Below, piece after piece: positions 17,372 to 27,560 of a stretch of 56,915 bases of DNA. How positions within the stretch are numbered: the stretch's first letter is position 1; each line of letters starts with the position of its first letter. Source of the DNA: an uncultured Burkholderiales bacterium (GTDB taxonomy: Bacteria; Pseudomonadota; Gammaproteobacteria; Burkholderiales; Eutrophovitaceae); assembly GCA_965661885.1 (NCBI GenBank), contig CBFIFN010000001.1, positions 1 to 56,915 on the forward strand. The letters run 5' to 3'. The translations under genes and the position numbers were made by a program. The notes under the pieces were generated by a model. The model had not been told where the DNA came from, searched no databases, and worked only from the letters and a program-made list of their open reading frames with translations.

Positions 17372-18790
17372 ATGTCAGCAGTATTGCAACAAAATTCATC
17401 CGTCGGCGATTACTTGGTGGCGGATCTATCTCTATCGCCTTGGGGTAGAAAAGAAATGTCGATTGCCGAAATCGAGATGCCAGGATTAATGGCTATTCGA
17501 GAGGAATTCAGTGCCAGTAAGCCTTTGAAGGGCGCTCGGATTGCTGGTTCGCTCCACATGACTATTCAAACAGCAGTATTAATTGAGACACTAACAGCAC
17601 TTGGTGCAGAGGTTCGCTGGGCTTCTTGTAACATTTATTCTACTCAGGACCATGCTGCTGCGGCGATTGCTGAATCAGGTGTACCAGTTTTTGCGTTCAA
17701 GGGCGAGACTTTGGAACAATATTGGGATTACTGTCATAAAATCTTTGAGTGGCCTTCAGATCAGGCGAATATGATTCTTGATGATGGGGGAGACGCCACT
17801 CTATTACTTCATTTGGGTACAAAAGCTGAGAGTGATTTGTCGGTTTTGAGCAAGCCTTCTAGCGAAGAGGAGCGTGTCCTTTATGCTGCGATTAAGAAGA
17901 AATTGGCCACGGATCCAAAATGGTATTCGGTTCGGTTGGCGGCGGTAAAAGGTGTCACAGAAGAGACAACCACCGGCGTGAAGCGTCTTATCGAGATGGC
18001 TGCGGATAAGTCACTAGCGTTCCCAGCGATCAATGTGAACGATTCCGTAACGAAATCTAAATTTGATAACCTCTACGGCTGTCGTGAATCACTTGTTGAC
18101 GCCATAAAACGTGCCACCGATGTGATGGTTGCTGGAAAAGTTGCAGTTGTTGCTGGTTTTGGTGACGTTGGCAAGGGTTCTGCTCAGGCGCTGCGAGCGT
18201 TATCAGCCCAAGTTTGGGTTACTGAGGTCGATCCTATTTGTGCGTTGCAAGCCGCTATGGAAGGGTTTCGCGTTGTAACCATGGAATATGCAGCCGATAA
18301 AGCTGACATTTTCGTTACAGCCACAGGGAATTACAACGTTATACATCACGATCATATGGCGGCGATGAAGAATGAGGCCATTGTTTGTAACATCGGACAC
18401 TTTGACAATGAAATCGATGTGGCGTCTATTGAGAACTATACATGGGAGAATATTAAGCCCCAAGTCGATCATATTGTTTTCCCCGATGGTAAGAAAATAA
18501 TTCTCTTGGCTCAGGGTCGTTTGGTGAACTTAGGATGTGCAACTGGACATCCGAGTTATGTCATGAGTTCTTCTTTTGCGAATCAAGTAATCGCTCAAAT
18601 TGAGCTATTCAATGATCCTGAGAAGTACCCGCTTGGTGTTCATGTATTGCCTAAGCATCTTGACGAGAAGGTGGCTAGGCTTCAATTGGCTACTTTGAAC
18701 GTGCAATTAACCGAACTAACCGATGATCAGGCAAAGTATATTGGTGTGGACAAGACCGGTCCATATAAGCCAGAGATGTATCGATATTAA
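17372..18790 (+). CDS. ahcY: Adenosylhomocysteinase
   Basis: '[29 protein letters not shown]', the NAD-binding '[16 protein letters not shown]' and 'GHFDNEID' are canonical AhcY motifs. Confidence 0.95.
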   Translation: MSAVLQQNSSVGDYLVADLSLSPWGRKEMSIAEIEMPGLMAIREEFSASKPLKGARIAGSLHMTIQTAVLIETLTALGAEVRWASCNIYSTQDHAAAAIAESGVPVFAFKGETLEQYWDYCHKIFEWPSDQANMILDDGGDATLLLHLGTKAESDLSVLSKPSSEEERVLYAAIKKKLATDPKWYSVRLAAVKGVTEETTTGVKRLIEMAADKSLAFPAINVNDSVTKSKFDNLYGCRESLVDAIKRATDVMVAGKVAVVAGFGDVGKGSAQALRALSAQVWVTEVDPICALQAAMEGFRVVTMEYAADKADIFVTATGNYNVIHHDHMAAMKNEAIVCNIGHFDNEIDVASIENYTWENIKPQVDHIVFPDGKKIILLAQGRLVNLGCATGHPSYVMSSSFANQVIAQIELFNDPEKYPLGVHVLPKHLDEKVARLQLATLNVQLTELTDDQAKYIGVDKTGPYKPEMYRY

Positions 18791-18850
18791 GATTGTGTAA
18801 TTACCTGAGTCTTTGAAACAAAGCAAAGACTCAGGAATCGTTAGATTTTT

Positions 18851-18889
18851 CGCCTCAGCGTAATTTATAGCGCTGGGGCGATTTTTTTT
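18851..18889 (+). terminator. Rho-independent terminator of ahcY
   Basis: Stem cgcctcagcg / cgctggggcg (10 bp, one G-U), followed by ATTTTTTTT. Confidence 0.65.
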
Positions 18890-18974
18890 ATGCCTTTTGT
18901 GCGTGGCACAGACAACCCGTTTAGTCTGTTACTTACTACTTTTTTAGAGCCCTCTTAGGCAAAAAATTATAGGT

Positions 18975-20207
18975 TTAAGCTGCGTTTTTCAAAGGCTTGT
19001 TGTTAGTTGGGCGAGCCGCATATGCGTGGTATGCGGCTGCTTCTGCAGCACCCACTTCAATTTTAGCACCCATGTTGTCAAAAACGCTTTCAAGTGCGCA
19101 AAGACACAGCATTACATTTTCCATTTTGCAGCTATACCCCATAATTCCGAACCGCCAGATTTTCCCGGCTAGTGGGCCCAAGCCTGCTCCTATTTCAATA
19201 TTCATTTCTTCAAGTAGTCGACGACGAACTTCTTGCTCATCTATACCTGGCATGACGTGTACCGCGTTCATTTGCGGTAATCGATATTCCTCATCAACCA
19301 AGTAGCTGAGGCCTAAGGTTTCAAGACCTGCTTTCAGAGCGAGATGATTTCGTCGATGCCTGGCCCATGATGCTTCCAGTCCTTCGTCCCTGAGCATTAC
19401 TAGTGCCTCGTGTAGGGAGTAAAGAGAGTTGGTGGGCGCTGTGTGGTGATATGTACGATTACTCTCACCCCAATATCCGAGGAGCAGATTAAGATCCATG
19501 AACCAACTTTGAACTTTATGTTTTCGATTTTTAACTAATTCTACAACTCGATCACTGAATGTGATCGGAGATAATCCGGGCGTGCAGGATAAGCATTTTT
19601 GGCTACCTGAATAAACCGCGTCTAAACCCCACTCATCAACTAGGACCGGAATGCCGATTAGTGATGTTACTGTGTCTACGATGGTTAATGCGTCAAATTC
19701 GCGCGCAATTGCTGCTAATGTTTTGGCGTCAGAACGTACGCCGGTAGATGTCTCCGCGTGGACAAAGGCAAGAATTTTTGTGTCCGGGTTGTTAACAAAC
19801 GCCTCGCGAACTTTTTCCGGATCCACGGGCTTCCCCATTGGATCTTCGACAACTATGGCGGTGCCACCACAACGTTCGACATTCTCAATCATGCGACCAC
19901 CAAAAACTCCATTTCGACAAACGATGACTTTGTCACCAGGGCTAACCATATTTACGAAACACATTTCCATTCCGACGGAACCTGGCCCTGATACTGGAAA
20001 TGTCATTGCGTTTTTTGTTTGAAATGCGTAACGCAATAATTCTTTCAGTTCTTCCATCATCCCCACGAAAACCGGGTCGAGGTAACCGATAGTGGGTCTA
20101 CCCATTGCAGAAAATACGCGAGGGTGTATCTCGGAGGGCCCTGGGCCCATAAGTGTTCTTTGGGGGGGGTAAAAGGAGTTAACGTCAGAATAAGATTGAT
20201 TGCTCAT
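18975..20207 (-). CDS. Class V PLP aminotransferase (alanine-glyoxylate / serine-pyruvate family), second paralogue in the window
   Basis: 'HAETSTGV' and the PLP-lysine motif 'YSGSQKCLSCTPGLSP'; fold-type I class V layout. Confidence 0.8.
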   Translation of the reverse strand: MSNQSYSDVNSFYPPQRTLMGPGPSEIHPRVFSAMGRPTIGYLDPVFVGMMEELKELLRYAFQTKNAMTFPVSGPGSVGMEMCFVNMVSPGDKVIVCRNGVFGGRMIENVERCGGTAIVVEDPMGKPVDPEKVREAFVNNPDTKILAFVHAETSTGVRSDAKTLAAIAREFDALTIVDTVTSLIGIPVLVDEWGLDAVYSGSQKCLSCTPGLSPITFSDRVVELVKNRKHKVQSWFMDLNLLLGYWGESNRTYHHTAPTNSLYSLHEALVMLRDEGLEASWARHRRNHLALKAGLETLGLSYLVDEEYRLPQMNAVHVMPGIDEQEVRRRLLEEMNIEIGAGLGPLAGKIWRFGIMGYSCKMENVMLCLCALESVFDNMGAKIEVGAAEAAAYHAYAARPTNNKPLKNAA

Positions 20208-20330
20208 TGAGGAATTTCCTTGGATGGCTGTAATGAATTGATTTTTAATATAATGTCGCAGTACAACATTATATCTAAAAACTTGCGCCCTTAGGGTTGG
20301 ATGTTTACGCCCCTAATCAAACACGCAGGG

Positions 20331-21215
20331 TTATTTAATCATTACGACTTGTGAATTCAACGATTGGTTCAGTGCCGGATCTGGGTCAAATGCGAGATCC
20401 CCTTCGGCAAGTGCGATTTGATCTTTGGAAAGATTCTTAAAATCATAGAGTTGCGAATCAAGCAAATGCGATGGAGAAACATTCTTCATGGCGCTGAACA
20501 TTGTATCGATTCGACCTGGATGCTTCAGGTCCCATTCTTTCAACATTTGTTTGGTAACTTGCCTCTGTAGATTATCCTGTGAACCGCATAGATCGCAAGG
20601 AATAATGGGGAATGATTTCATTTCAGCATAGGCAGCGATGTCCTTTTCCTTGCAGTAAGCCAATGGCCTTATGACTATGTGTTCGCCATTATCTGATTTA
20701 AGTTTTGGAGGCATTGCTTTTAGTCGGCCCCCATGAAACATATTTAAAAAAAATGTTTCTAAAATATCCTCACGATGATGGCCTAATGCTATTTTTGTTG
20801 CGCCTAATTCTCTGGCCGTCCGATACAAAATACCTCGACGCATTCGAGAGCAGAGACCACACATAGTTTTTCCCTCCGGTATCACTCGCTTTACGATGCT
20901 GTATGTATCTTGTTCGACAATACGATAAGGAACGTCGAGTGATTTAAGGTAATTCGGAAGAATTTCCTCAGGATACCCAGGGTGTTTTTGATCTAAGTTG
21001 ACGGCGACAATGTCGAAGTGAATCGGTGCGTGACTACGCAGTGATAAAAGTAGGTCTAGCATCGTATAGCTGTCTTTACCGCCTGATAGACAGACCATTA
21101 CCTTGTCTCCTTCAGTAATCATTTCATACTCGGCTATAGCTTCCCCAACCTGTCTTCTGAGGCGTTTCACGAGCTTATTATTTTCATAGATAAGCTTCTG
21201 AGATCGGGATGTCAT
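20331..21215 (-). CDS. ttcA: tRNA 2-thiocytidine(32) synthetase TtcA
   Basis: PP-loop 'CLSGGKDS', and the Fe-S cysteines '[10 protein letters not shown]' and 'CDLCGSQ'. Confidence 0.9.
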   Translation of the reverse strand: MTSRSQKLIYENNKLVKRLRRQVGEAIAEYEMITEGDKVMVCLSGGKDSYTMLDLLLSLRSHAPIHFDIVAVNLDQKHPGYPEEILPNYLKSLDVPYRIVEQDTYSIVKRVIPEGKTMCGLCSRMRRGILYRTARELGATKIALGHHREDILETFFLNMFHGGRLKAMPPKLKSDNGEHIVIRPLAYCKEKDIAAYAEMKSFPIIPCDLCGSQDNLQRQVTKQMLKEWDLKHPGRIDTMFSAMKNVSPSHLLDSQLYDFKNLSKDQIALAEGDLAFDPDPALNQSLNSQVVMIK

Positions 21216-21217
21216 GA

Positions 21218-21592
21218 CTAGTCTTTCGTTTGGAAGATTTCAAAGCCCACCGATGCGCAGTCGGCGTAGACATCGGTTTTTTCACTGGAAACTTTTACCG
21301 CGAACACGCCGCGATGCTCAAGACAAAGTTCGAGAATCTTTTCACAAAAAGTTTCTTGAAGATGGAAGTGTGCGCTTTGTGATAGAGCTAAGATAGAGGT
21401 TCTTAAGAAGTCATAATCTACAGTCTCCGTGATGTTATCTTCTGTGATTCGCACCTCTGGATTGATGTCTAGTTCCACATTTATGAGCACATTTTGTTTA
21501 TTGATTTTCTCGAAATCATGAATACCGATGGATAGAGACACCGCCATATCTTTGAGAAAAATTTTACGATAAGGTTTTATTTTTGAGTTCAT
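21218..21592 (-). CDS. folB: Dihydroneopterin aldolase family protein
   Basis: Size (124 aa), a 'SIGIHDFEK...VLINVEL' beta-strand pattern, 'VDYDFL' and an adjacent pteridine-reductase-like SDR. Confidence 0.6.
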   Translation of the reverse strand: MNSKIKPYRKIFLKDMAVSLSIGIHDFEKINKQNVLINVELDINPEVRITEDNITETVDYDFLRTSILALSQSAHFHLQETFCEKILELCLEHRGVFAVKVSSEKTDVYADCASVGFEIFQTKD

Positions 21593-21617
21593 ATTTTTTA
21601 TTGGAGAAAGTTGTTTT

Positions 21618-22388
21618 TTATTCGTTTACTTCAAACTGGACGTCTCTCTTTGTAGGCCACAAATGTTGACCCCCGTCCACAATTAACGTTGTCCCAGTGA
21701 TTGCATTCGCGTTTAATAAAAATTTGATGCCGCCCACAATGTCCTCCGGTGTAGAGCTTTTCCCGAGAGGGGCTAATTTATGGGCGTTTTCGAATCCTTT
21801 ATCAGTTTGTTCGCCACTGGGGAGGGTTATACCCGGAGCTAGACCACATATACGTATATTTGATCCTAATGATGAAGCAAGCAATTTGGTGGCAGCTTCG
21901 AGTGCAATTTTACTTAAGGTGTAGGAAAAGAAGTCAGGATTCAGGTTGTGTGTCTTTTGGTCTAGTAGGTTGATTACGCAGCCAAGGCTTCCATTCGGTA
22001 TCTGTTTTGCGAATTCTGAAATTAAGAGCATGGGTGCGTAAAGGTTTACAGCCATATGGTCTTCGAGATCTGAACGTTTAAACTCTTGAGGACTATCGAA
22101 ATTAAATTTTGAAGCGTTGTTGATAAGCGCATCTATGCTACCGAGTTTTTGGCCCACGTCGGTTATCAGTGCCTCTGGCGCGCCGGGCTCGGCTAGATTT
22201 GCCTGGACAGTGACACTCTTCATGCCGCTTTTATTTATGTAATCCGTTAGATGCTCAGCTTCAGAAGCTGATTTGTGATAATGGATGGCAATATTCCAGC
22301 CGTCCTTCGCAAGACCCAAGGCTATTTTTTTACCGATTCGGGTGGCGCCACCGGTGATTAAAACGGTTCTACTTTCTGTTTGTGTCAT
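21618..22388 (-). CDS. SDR family oxidoreductase (pteridine reductase/FolM-like by context)
   Basis: 'VLITGGATRIGKKIA' Rossmann motif, 'NNAS' and the catalytic 'YTLSK'. It lies upstream of folB. Confidence 0.7.
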   Translation of the reverse strand: MTQTESRTVLITGGATRIGKKIALGLAKDGWNIAIHYHKSASEAEHLTDYINKSGMKSVTVQANLAEPGAPEALITDVGQKLGSIDALINNASKFNFDSPQEFKRSDLEDHMAVNLYAPMLLISEFAKQIPNGSLGCVINLLDQKTHNLNPDFFSYTLSKIALEAATKLLASSLGSNIRICGLAPGITLPSGEQTDKGFENAHKLAPLGKSSTPEDIVGGIKFLLNANAITGTTLIVDGGQHLWPTKRDVQFEVNE

Positions 22389-22509
22389 GATTATTTAAAC
22401 TTATGCTTTTAAACGTTACTAAACGAGAGAATACGATACACACTTGTTTTCTGTTTTTCGTTTTTTTGGCTGTCCAAACACCTTGCAAGATTTCATAAAG
22501 AACAAATAA

Positions 22510-23640
22510 ATGACGGCAAATATATCAGATCATAGTTCAATGTTGGCGAAGCTAAAGTATTTGTTAAACGAAAGCGAGAATTGGCTTAATTTTGGCTCTT
22601 TTATGCACCATGCCCTATACGACCCTGAGTTCGGTTATTACACAGGAGTTTCGCAGAAGTTTGGCTCTCAAGGAGATTTTATCACCGCTCCAGAGATAAG
22701 TGATCTTTTTGGTAAGACGATTGCAAGACAGGTAGCTCAATGTTTATCTTTGACGGGTGGAAGTGTTCTGGAAATTGGGGGTGGCAGTGGAATCTTGGGT
22801 GCAGATCTGCTTACAGAACTTCAAAGAATCGATGCGCCCTTAGACGAGTACTTATTTTTTGAACCAAGTCCAACCTTGTTTCATCGGCAACAGAATAGAA
22901 TATCTGAGGCTACGCCAAGAGCTAGCGACAAAGCTCGCTGGATAAATGAGATTCCTCAAAATTTTACCGGTGTTATTTTAGCGAATGAGGTCTTTGATGC
23001 GCTACCCTTTCATCTGCTATCACTGAATGAAGGAGGATGGATGGAGCGAGGTGTATCCGTCGAGAATGAGTCTTTTTATTGGAGAGATCTTTCAATTAAG
23101 GACCCTCGTTTAATTGAGGCAACCAACGCATTAAACGTCCAACCTCCCTACGTAACTGAAGTTTGTTTAGCCGCTAACGGCTTGGTTGAAGATTTATCTC
23201 AGGCGCTGATAAAGGGCGTGATTCTCGCATTTGATTACGGCTATGAGCGCACTTCGTATTACCACCCTGATCGCAGTAATGGGACTTTGGCTTGCTATTA
23301 TCGCCACCGAGTAGATGCCAATCCGCTCGATCGACCTGGACAAAAAGATATTACTGCTCATGTTGACTTCACGCGGCTGGCCAATGCTGCAATTGACGTA
23401 GGACTAGAGATTTCGGGTTACACGACACAGGCTGACTTTTTGGTCAATTGTGGTATTACTGAGCTTTTACAAGAAATCGATCCGGGAAAAAGTGACATAT
23501 ATTTACCTGCGGTCTCAGCGGTACAAAAACTATTGTCCCCCAGTGTCATGGGAGACATATTTAAGGTGATGTCTCTCTCTCGGGGAATGTGTGAGCCTTT
23601 GATTGGGTTTAGCCATAGAGATAGGCGACATATCCTATGA
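22510..23640 (+). CDS. SAM-dependent methyltransferase, MidA/NDUFAF7 (DUF185) family
   Basis: 'YDPEFGYYTG...GDFITAPEISDLFG' and 'LEIGGGSG' are hallmark motifs of the family. Confidence 0.7.
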   Translation: MTANISDHSSMLAKLKYLLNESENWLNFGSFMHHALYDPEFGYYTGVSQKFGSQGDFITAPEISDLFGKTIARQVAQCLSLTGGSVLEIGGGSGILGADLLTELQRIDAPLDEYLFFEPSPTLFHRQQNRISEATPRASDKARWINEIPQNFTGVILANEVFDALPFHLLSLNEGGWMERGVSVENESFYWRDLSIKDPRLIEATNALNVQPPYVTEVCLAANGLVEDLSQALIKGVILAFDYGYERTSYYHPDRSNGTLACYYRHRVDANPLDRPGQKDITAHVDFTRLANAAIDVGLEISGYTTQADFLVNCGITELLQEIDPGKSDIYLPAVSAVQKLLSPSVMGDIFKVMSLSRGMCEPLIGFSHRDRRHIL

Positions 23641-23654
23641 GAATAACGGGCGAC

Positions 23655-25010
23655 ATGCATATTCATATTTTAGGGATCTGTGGAAGCTTTATGGGAGGGC
23701 TTGCGGCTGTCGCTAAGCAAGCAGGGTATAAAGTAACTGGATGTGATGAAGGCGTGTATCCGCCTATGAGTACACAGCTCCAAGCTATGGGTATCGAGCT
23801 GATCGAGGGCTGGGGTTTGGAACAGCTTAAGTTGAATCCTGATTTGTATGTCGTTGGAAATGTGGTGTCTCGAGGGAATCCGCTGATTGAGGAAATCCTA
23901 AAAAGTAATCTCCCGTATATTTCTGGTCCGCAATGGTTACATGAGGCGGTTTTAAAGGATAAGTGGGTGTTAGCTGTCGCAGGCACCCACGGTAAAACGA
24001 CCACCACGGCAATGTTGGCTAAGATACTTGATTACGCCGGAATGGATCCAGGATTTCTAGTGGGCGGTGTGCCGCTGGATTTTGGTGTCTCTTCGCGTTT
24101 ATCAGAATCACATTTTTTTGTTATTGAGGCAGACGAGTATGACACAGCATTTTTTGATAAGCGTTCGAAGTTTATGCACTATCGTCCGAGGACTTTAGTA
24201 TTAAACAATTTAGAATATGACCACGCCGATATTTTTCCTGATTTAGCCGCAATTGAAACACAGTTTCATCATTTAGTTCGAACAGTCCCCGAAAATGGTG
24301 CGTTAATCATTAATCAAGAGAGTCTTGCTATTAAACGTGTGATTGACCGAGGATTGTGGTCGGAGGCGATCTTTTTTGGCTCCGCTGAGCACTGGTCACA
24401 ACGTATTTTAGATGATGCTGAAAATTTCGAGATTGTAAAATCTGGGATACACATGGGCTCATACAAACCGAATTTTTTTGGCCAGTATAATCTAGACAAC
24501 GCCATAGCTGCATTGTTGGCTGCTCAGCATAGTGGCGTTCCGCTAAAAGTTGGGTTAGAGGCACTAGAAACGTTTAAAGGCGTAAAGCGCCGGATGGAGC
24601 TTCGCGGCGAGGTAAACGATGTTAAGGTTTTTGATGATTTTGCGCATCATCCAACTGCGATAAAGGTAACGCTAGAGGGTATCAAGCAAAAATATCCAAG
24701 TGCGCGAATTTTAGCGGTCTTCGAGCCCCGGTCGAACAGTATGAAATTAGGGAAGCACAATGACTTGTTACCCGAGAGTTTAGTGCTGGCTGATGAAGTT
24801 TATTGTTTCTCAGGAGACTTGGAAGGGGATGCCAAGCAAGTATTTTTAGAAATGAGCGATAAGGTCAGTTTATTTGATGACGTTGATGTGATAATCGAGG
24901 CAATTACCAAGACTGCGCGTCCAGGTAATATTATTGTGATAATGAGTAACGGCGGATTTCGTGGTATCCATGAAAAACTTTTAAACTTAATGCCCCTAAA
25001 AGCCAAGTGA
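23655..25010 (+). CDS. mpl: UDP-N-acetylmuramate:L-alanyl-gamma-D-glutamyl-meso-DAP ligase (start trimmed to ATG 23655)
   Basis: 'MHIHILGICGSFMGGLA' matches E. coli Mpl 'MRIHILGICGTFMGGLA'. 'AVAGTHGKTTTT' is the P-loop. Confidence 0.9.
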   Translation: MHIHILGICGSFMGGLAAVAKQAGYKVTGCDEGVYPPMSTQLQAMGIELIEGWGLEQLKLNPDLYVVGNVVSRGNPLIEEILKSNLPYISGPQWLHEAVLKDKWVLAVAGTHGKTTTTAMLAKILDYAGMDPGFLVGGVPLDFGVSSRLSESHFFVIEADEYDTAFFDKRSKFMHYRPRTLVLNNLEYDHADIFPDLAAIETQFHHLVRTVPENGALIINQESLAIKRVIDRGLWSEAIFFGSAEHWSQRILDDAENFEIVKSGIHMGSYKPNFFGQYNLDNAIAALLAAQHSGVPLKVGLEALETFKGVKRRMELRGEVNDVKVFDDFAHHPTAIKVTLEGIKQKYPSARILAVFEPRSNSMKLGKHNDLLPESLVLADEVYCFSGDLEGDAKQVFLEMSDKVSLFDDVDVIIEAITKTARPGNIIVIMSNGGFRGIHEKLLNLMPLKAK

Positions 25011-25588
25011 CCAAGCTTATTGTTTACATCCACGGTTTTAATAGTTCTCCTCTGTCTTTCAAAGCGAATATTTTGAGTAACTTAATTGGGAAAATACCAC
25101 TAAAAACGGATTTTCACTGTCCTAGCTTACCTCACTGGCCAGAACAGGCCGTTAAATCTTTGACCGATATAATCGGCAGGCATTCGGTCGATGACGTACT
25201 GTTGATTGGAAGTTCGCTGGGCGGTTTTTATGCTACATATTTGTCAGATTATTTGGGGTGCCGGTCAGTTCTAATTAACCCAGCAATCACCCCCCAAGAA
25301 GGCCTTGTCAATTATATCGGCCCCCAAAAAAACCTTTATACGAATGAAGACTACGACTTCACGGTAGAGCATTTACGCCAGCTGAAAAGTTTTTATGTGC
25401 CGAAACCTAGGAACCCTGAGCGATTATTTCTTATGCATACGACGGGAGATGAGCTTCTAGATTGGAAAATTGCGGCTCGGCATTATGAGGGTGCTAAGCG
25501 GTTGATCATCTCGGGTGGCGATCACGGGTTCAGCAATTTCGAAGATTATGCTCAAATCGCTTTATCGTTTGTAGAGTGTGGAGCTTAA
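25007..25588 (+). CDS. yqiA: YqiA-type esterase (UPF0227 alpha/beta hydrolase), GTG start overlapping the mpl stop
   Basis: 'LIVYIHGFNSSP' and the nucleophile elbow 'GSSLGG'; about 190 aa. Confidence 0.7.
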   Translation: MTKLIVYIHGFNSSPLSFKANILSNLIGKIPLKTDFHCPSLPHWPEQAVKSLTDIIGRHSVDDVLLIGSSLGGFYATYLSDYLGCRSVLINPAITPQEGLVNYIGPQKNLYTNEDYDFTVEHLRQLKSFYVPKPRNPERLFLMHTTGDELLDWKIAARHYEGAKRLIISGGDHGFSNFEDYAQIALSFVECGA

Positions 25589-25646
25589 TTTTGATGGATG
25601 GCATTAAATCATGTGTTTTTAAATTAAACTTAGAGGTAAAACTCAC

Positions 25647-27512
25647 ATGAACGTATTTTATTTAGAATCTGGTTCATTGAAGGTGGGTCGAATCTTGAAG
25701 GAGACTGGCGCTTCTTTACAAGTGCAGAGTCAGTTCGGAAAAAATGTCAAAGTTAAAAGAAATCATGTGTTCTTATCGTTTGACCATGCTAGCCCTGATG
25801 ATTTTTTTAATGATGTTCAGAAAATTGCACAGACGGTGGACCCAGATTTACTCTGGGAGGCCTTCGATGGTCTTGAGGGCGGCTACTCCGAGGTGGCAAA
25901 AGTGTTTTATGGTGAATCGGTATCGCCAGAGCAAAAGGCCAGTGTGCTGAGGGTGTTGTTTGACCACCCCACCCATTTCTACAAAAAAGGTCAAGGTAAA
26001 TTTAAGCCAGCAACGCTAGAAGCGTTGACATCAGCTAAAGCATCGTTAGCTTTAAAAAAACAGCGCGATATTATTTTGAAAAACTACGTAAAGCAATTGT
26101 GTGAATTTAAAATGCCCAAAGGGTGCGCCAGTAAATTTTCTCGCGTGTTGTTTGGGCCAGATAAAAATGAACTGGAAGAGAAGGCGGTAGATCGAGCGTG
26201 CGCTGAATTAAATCTTGGAAGACGCGAGTTATTTAAAAAATTGTCAGTTTTGCCAAAGCCCGAAGATTTCCATTACGGCCAGTTTCTATATGATCAATTT
26301 AATAATTCATCACAACATCGAAACAACGAGCGTGTTGAGGAAGCGGTAGATTTACCTGAGGCGCGGGTAAGCGCATTTAGTATCGACGATGTGGCTACTA
26401 CGGAAATCGATGACGCTTTTTCATTGCGTGCCAATAACAACAACGGTGGGTGGCATTTAGGAATTCATATTGCCGCTCCGGGGCTCTGTATTACGCCTGG
26501 GTCATCCTTGGATAAAGAGCTGCGTTCCAGAATGTCCACGGTCTATCATCCCGCTGGAAAACTGACCATGTCTCCCGCGCTCATTGTCGAGCAATTTAGT
26601 TTGTCCAAGGAAAAGCGAGTGCCCGTCGTATCGCTTTATGCAGATATTGACCCAGCGTTTGAGGTACTTAAGATTGAAACAAAAATTGAGTTTTTGACGG
26701 TTGAGGATAACTTAGATTTAAGTTTAATTGATCAATATTTCGATCCTGAGCTAGGTGTTAAACAGTCGAGTGAATGCCCTAGAGGCTTCGAATTAAGTGT
26801 GCTGTTCCAATTTGCTAACAAATTACGAGAATCGCGAGGCGAGAGCAGGACCCATATTCATCGGAAAGAGTACAGCTTCGCAGTTAATGGCGATCGTGTA
26901 ACCATCAAGCCGCGTCGGCGAGGCTCGCCCATCGACGTGATCGTGTCCGAGTTGATGATATTTGCAAACAGTCAGTGGGCCTCTGAATTAAAGCAGGCCG
27001 GAATCGCGACGTTATATAGGGTCAAAACAAAGGCTAAGACAGGTTTGTCAGCGCGTCCTTTGCCGCATGAAAAGATGGGACTGGATTCCTACGCTTGGGT
27101 TAGTAGTCCGTTGAGACGTTATGTCGATCTGGTTAATCAACGACAATTAATATCACTTGTCTTATTAAAAGAGCCTATTTTTGATACTGCTGATGAGGAA
27201 CTGACCAACATCATCAACAATTTTGAAACGAAGTACGCAAAATATTCAGAATTTCAGAGAGCAATGGAGCGGTTTTGGTGTTTGAAATGGCTGCAACAAA
27301 AGGACCAGCTTGAATACGTAGCAGAGGTTTTGCGGGATGGCCTGGTTCGTTTAAATGATATCCCATTAGTATGCAAAGCTAATCAATTACCACCCAACAG
27401 TGTGGGGCAAATGGTGCGGATTAAGATATTGGATATAAATTTATATGACAATTTTGTTATTTGTGAATGGATCAATAGTTCTAAACCGGCCACCGACGAT
27501 TTCGCTGCATAG
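25647..27512 (+). CDS. RNB-domain exoribonuclease (RNase II/R family)
   Basis: The RNB catalytic motif 'TTEIDDAFS' and 'SSPLRRYVDLVNQRQL'. Confidence 0.75.
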   Translation: MNVFYLESGSLKVGRILKETGASLQVQSQFGKNVKVKRNHVFLSFDHASPDDFFNDVQKIAQTVDPDLLWEAFDGLEGGYSEVAKVFYGESVSPEQKASVLRVLFDHPTHFYKKGQGKFKPATLEALTSAKASLALKKQRDIILKNYVKQLCEFKMPKGCASKFSRVLFGPDKNELEEKAVDRACAELNLGRRELFKKLSVLPKPEDFHYGQFLYDQFNNSSQHRNNERVEEAVDLPEARVSAFSIDDVATTEIDDAFSLRANNNNGGWHLGIHIAAPGLCITPGSSLDKELRSRMSTVYHPAGKLTMSPALIVEQFSLSKEKRVPVVSLYADIDPAFEVLKIETKIEFLTVEDNLDLSLIDQYFDPELGVKQSSECPRGFELSVLFQFANKLRESRGESRTHIHRKEYSFAVNGDRVTIKPRRRGSPIDVIVSELMIFANSQWASELKQAGIATLYRVKTKAKTGLSARPLPHEKMGLDSYAWVSSPLRRYVDLVNQRQLISLVLLKEPIFDTADEELTNIINNFETKYAKYSEFQRAMERFWCLKWLQQKDQLEYVAEVLRDGLVRLNDIPLVCKANQLPPNSVGQMVRIKILDINLYDNFVICEWINSSKPATDDFAA

Positions 27513-27560
27513 CTGTGGCCTTTCCCCTACGATTCTGGATAAAAATTACATATTTAAAGA

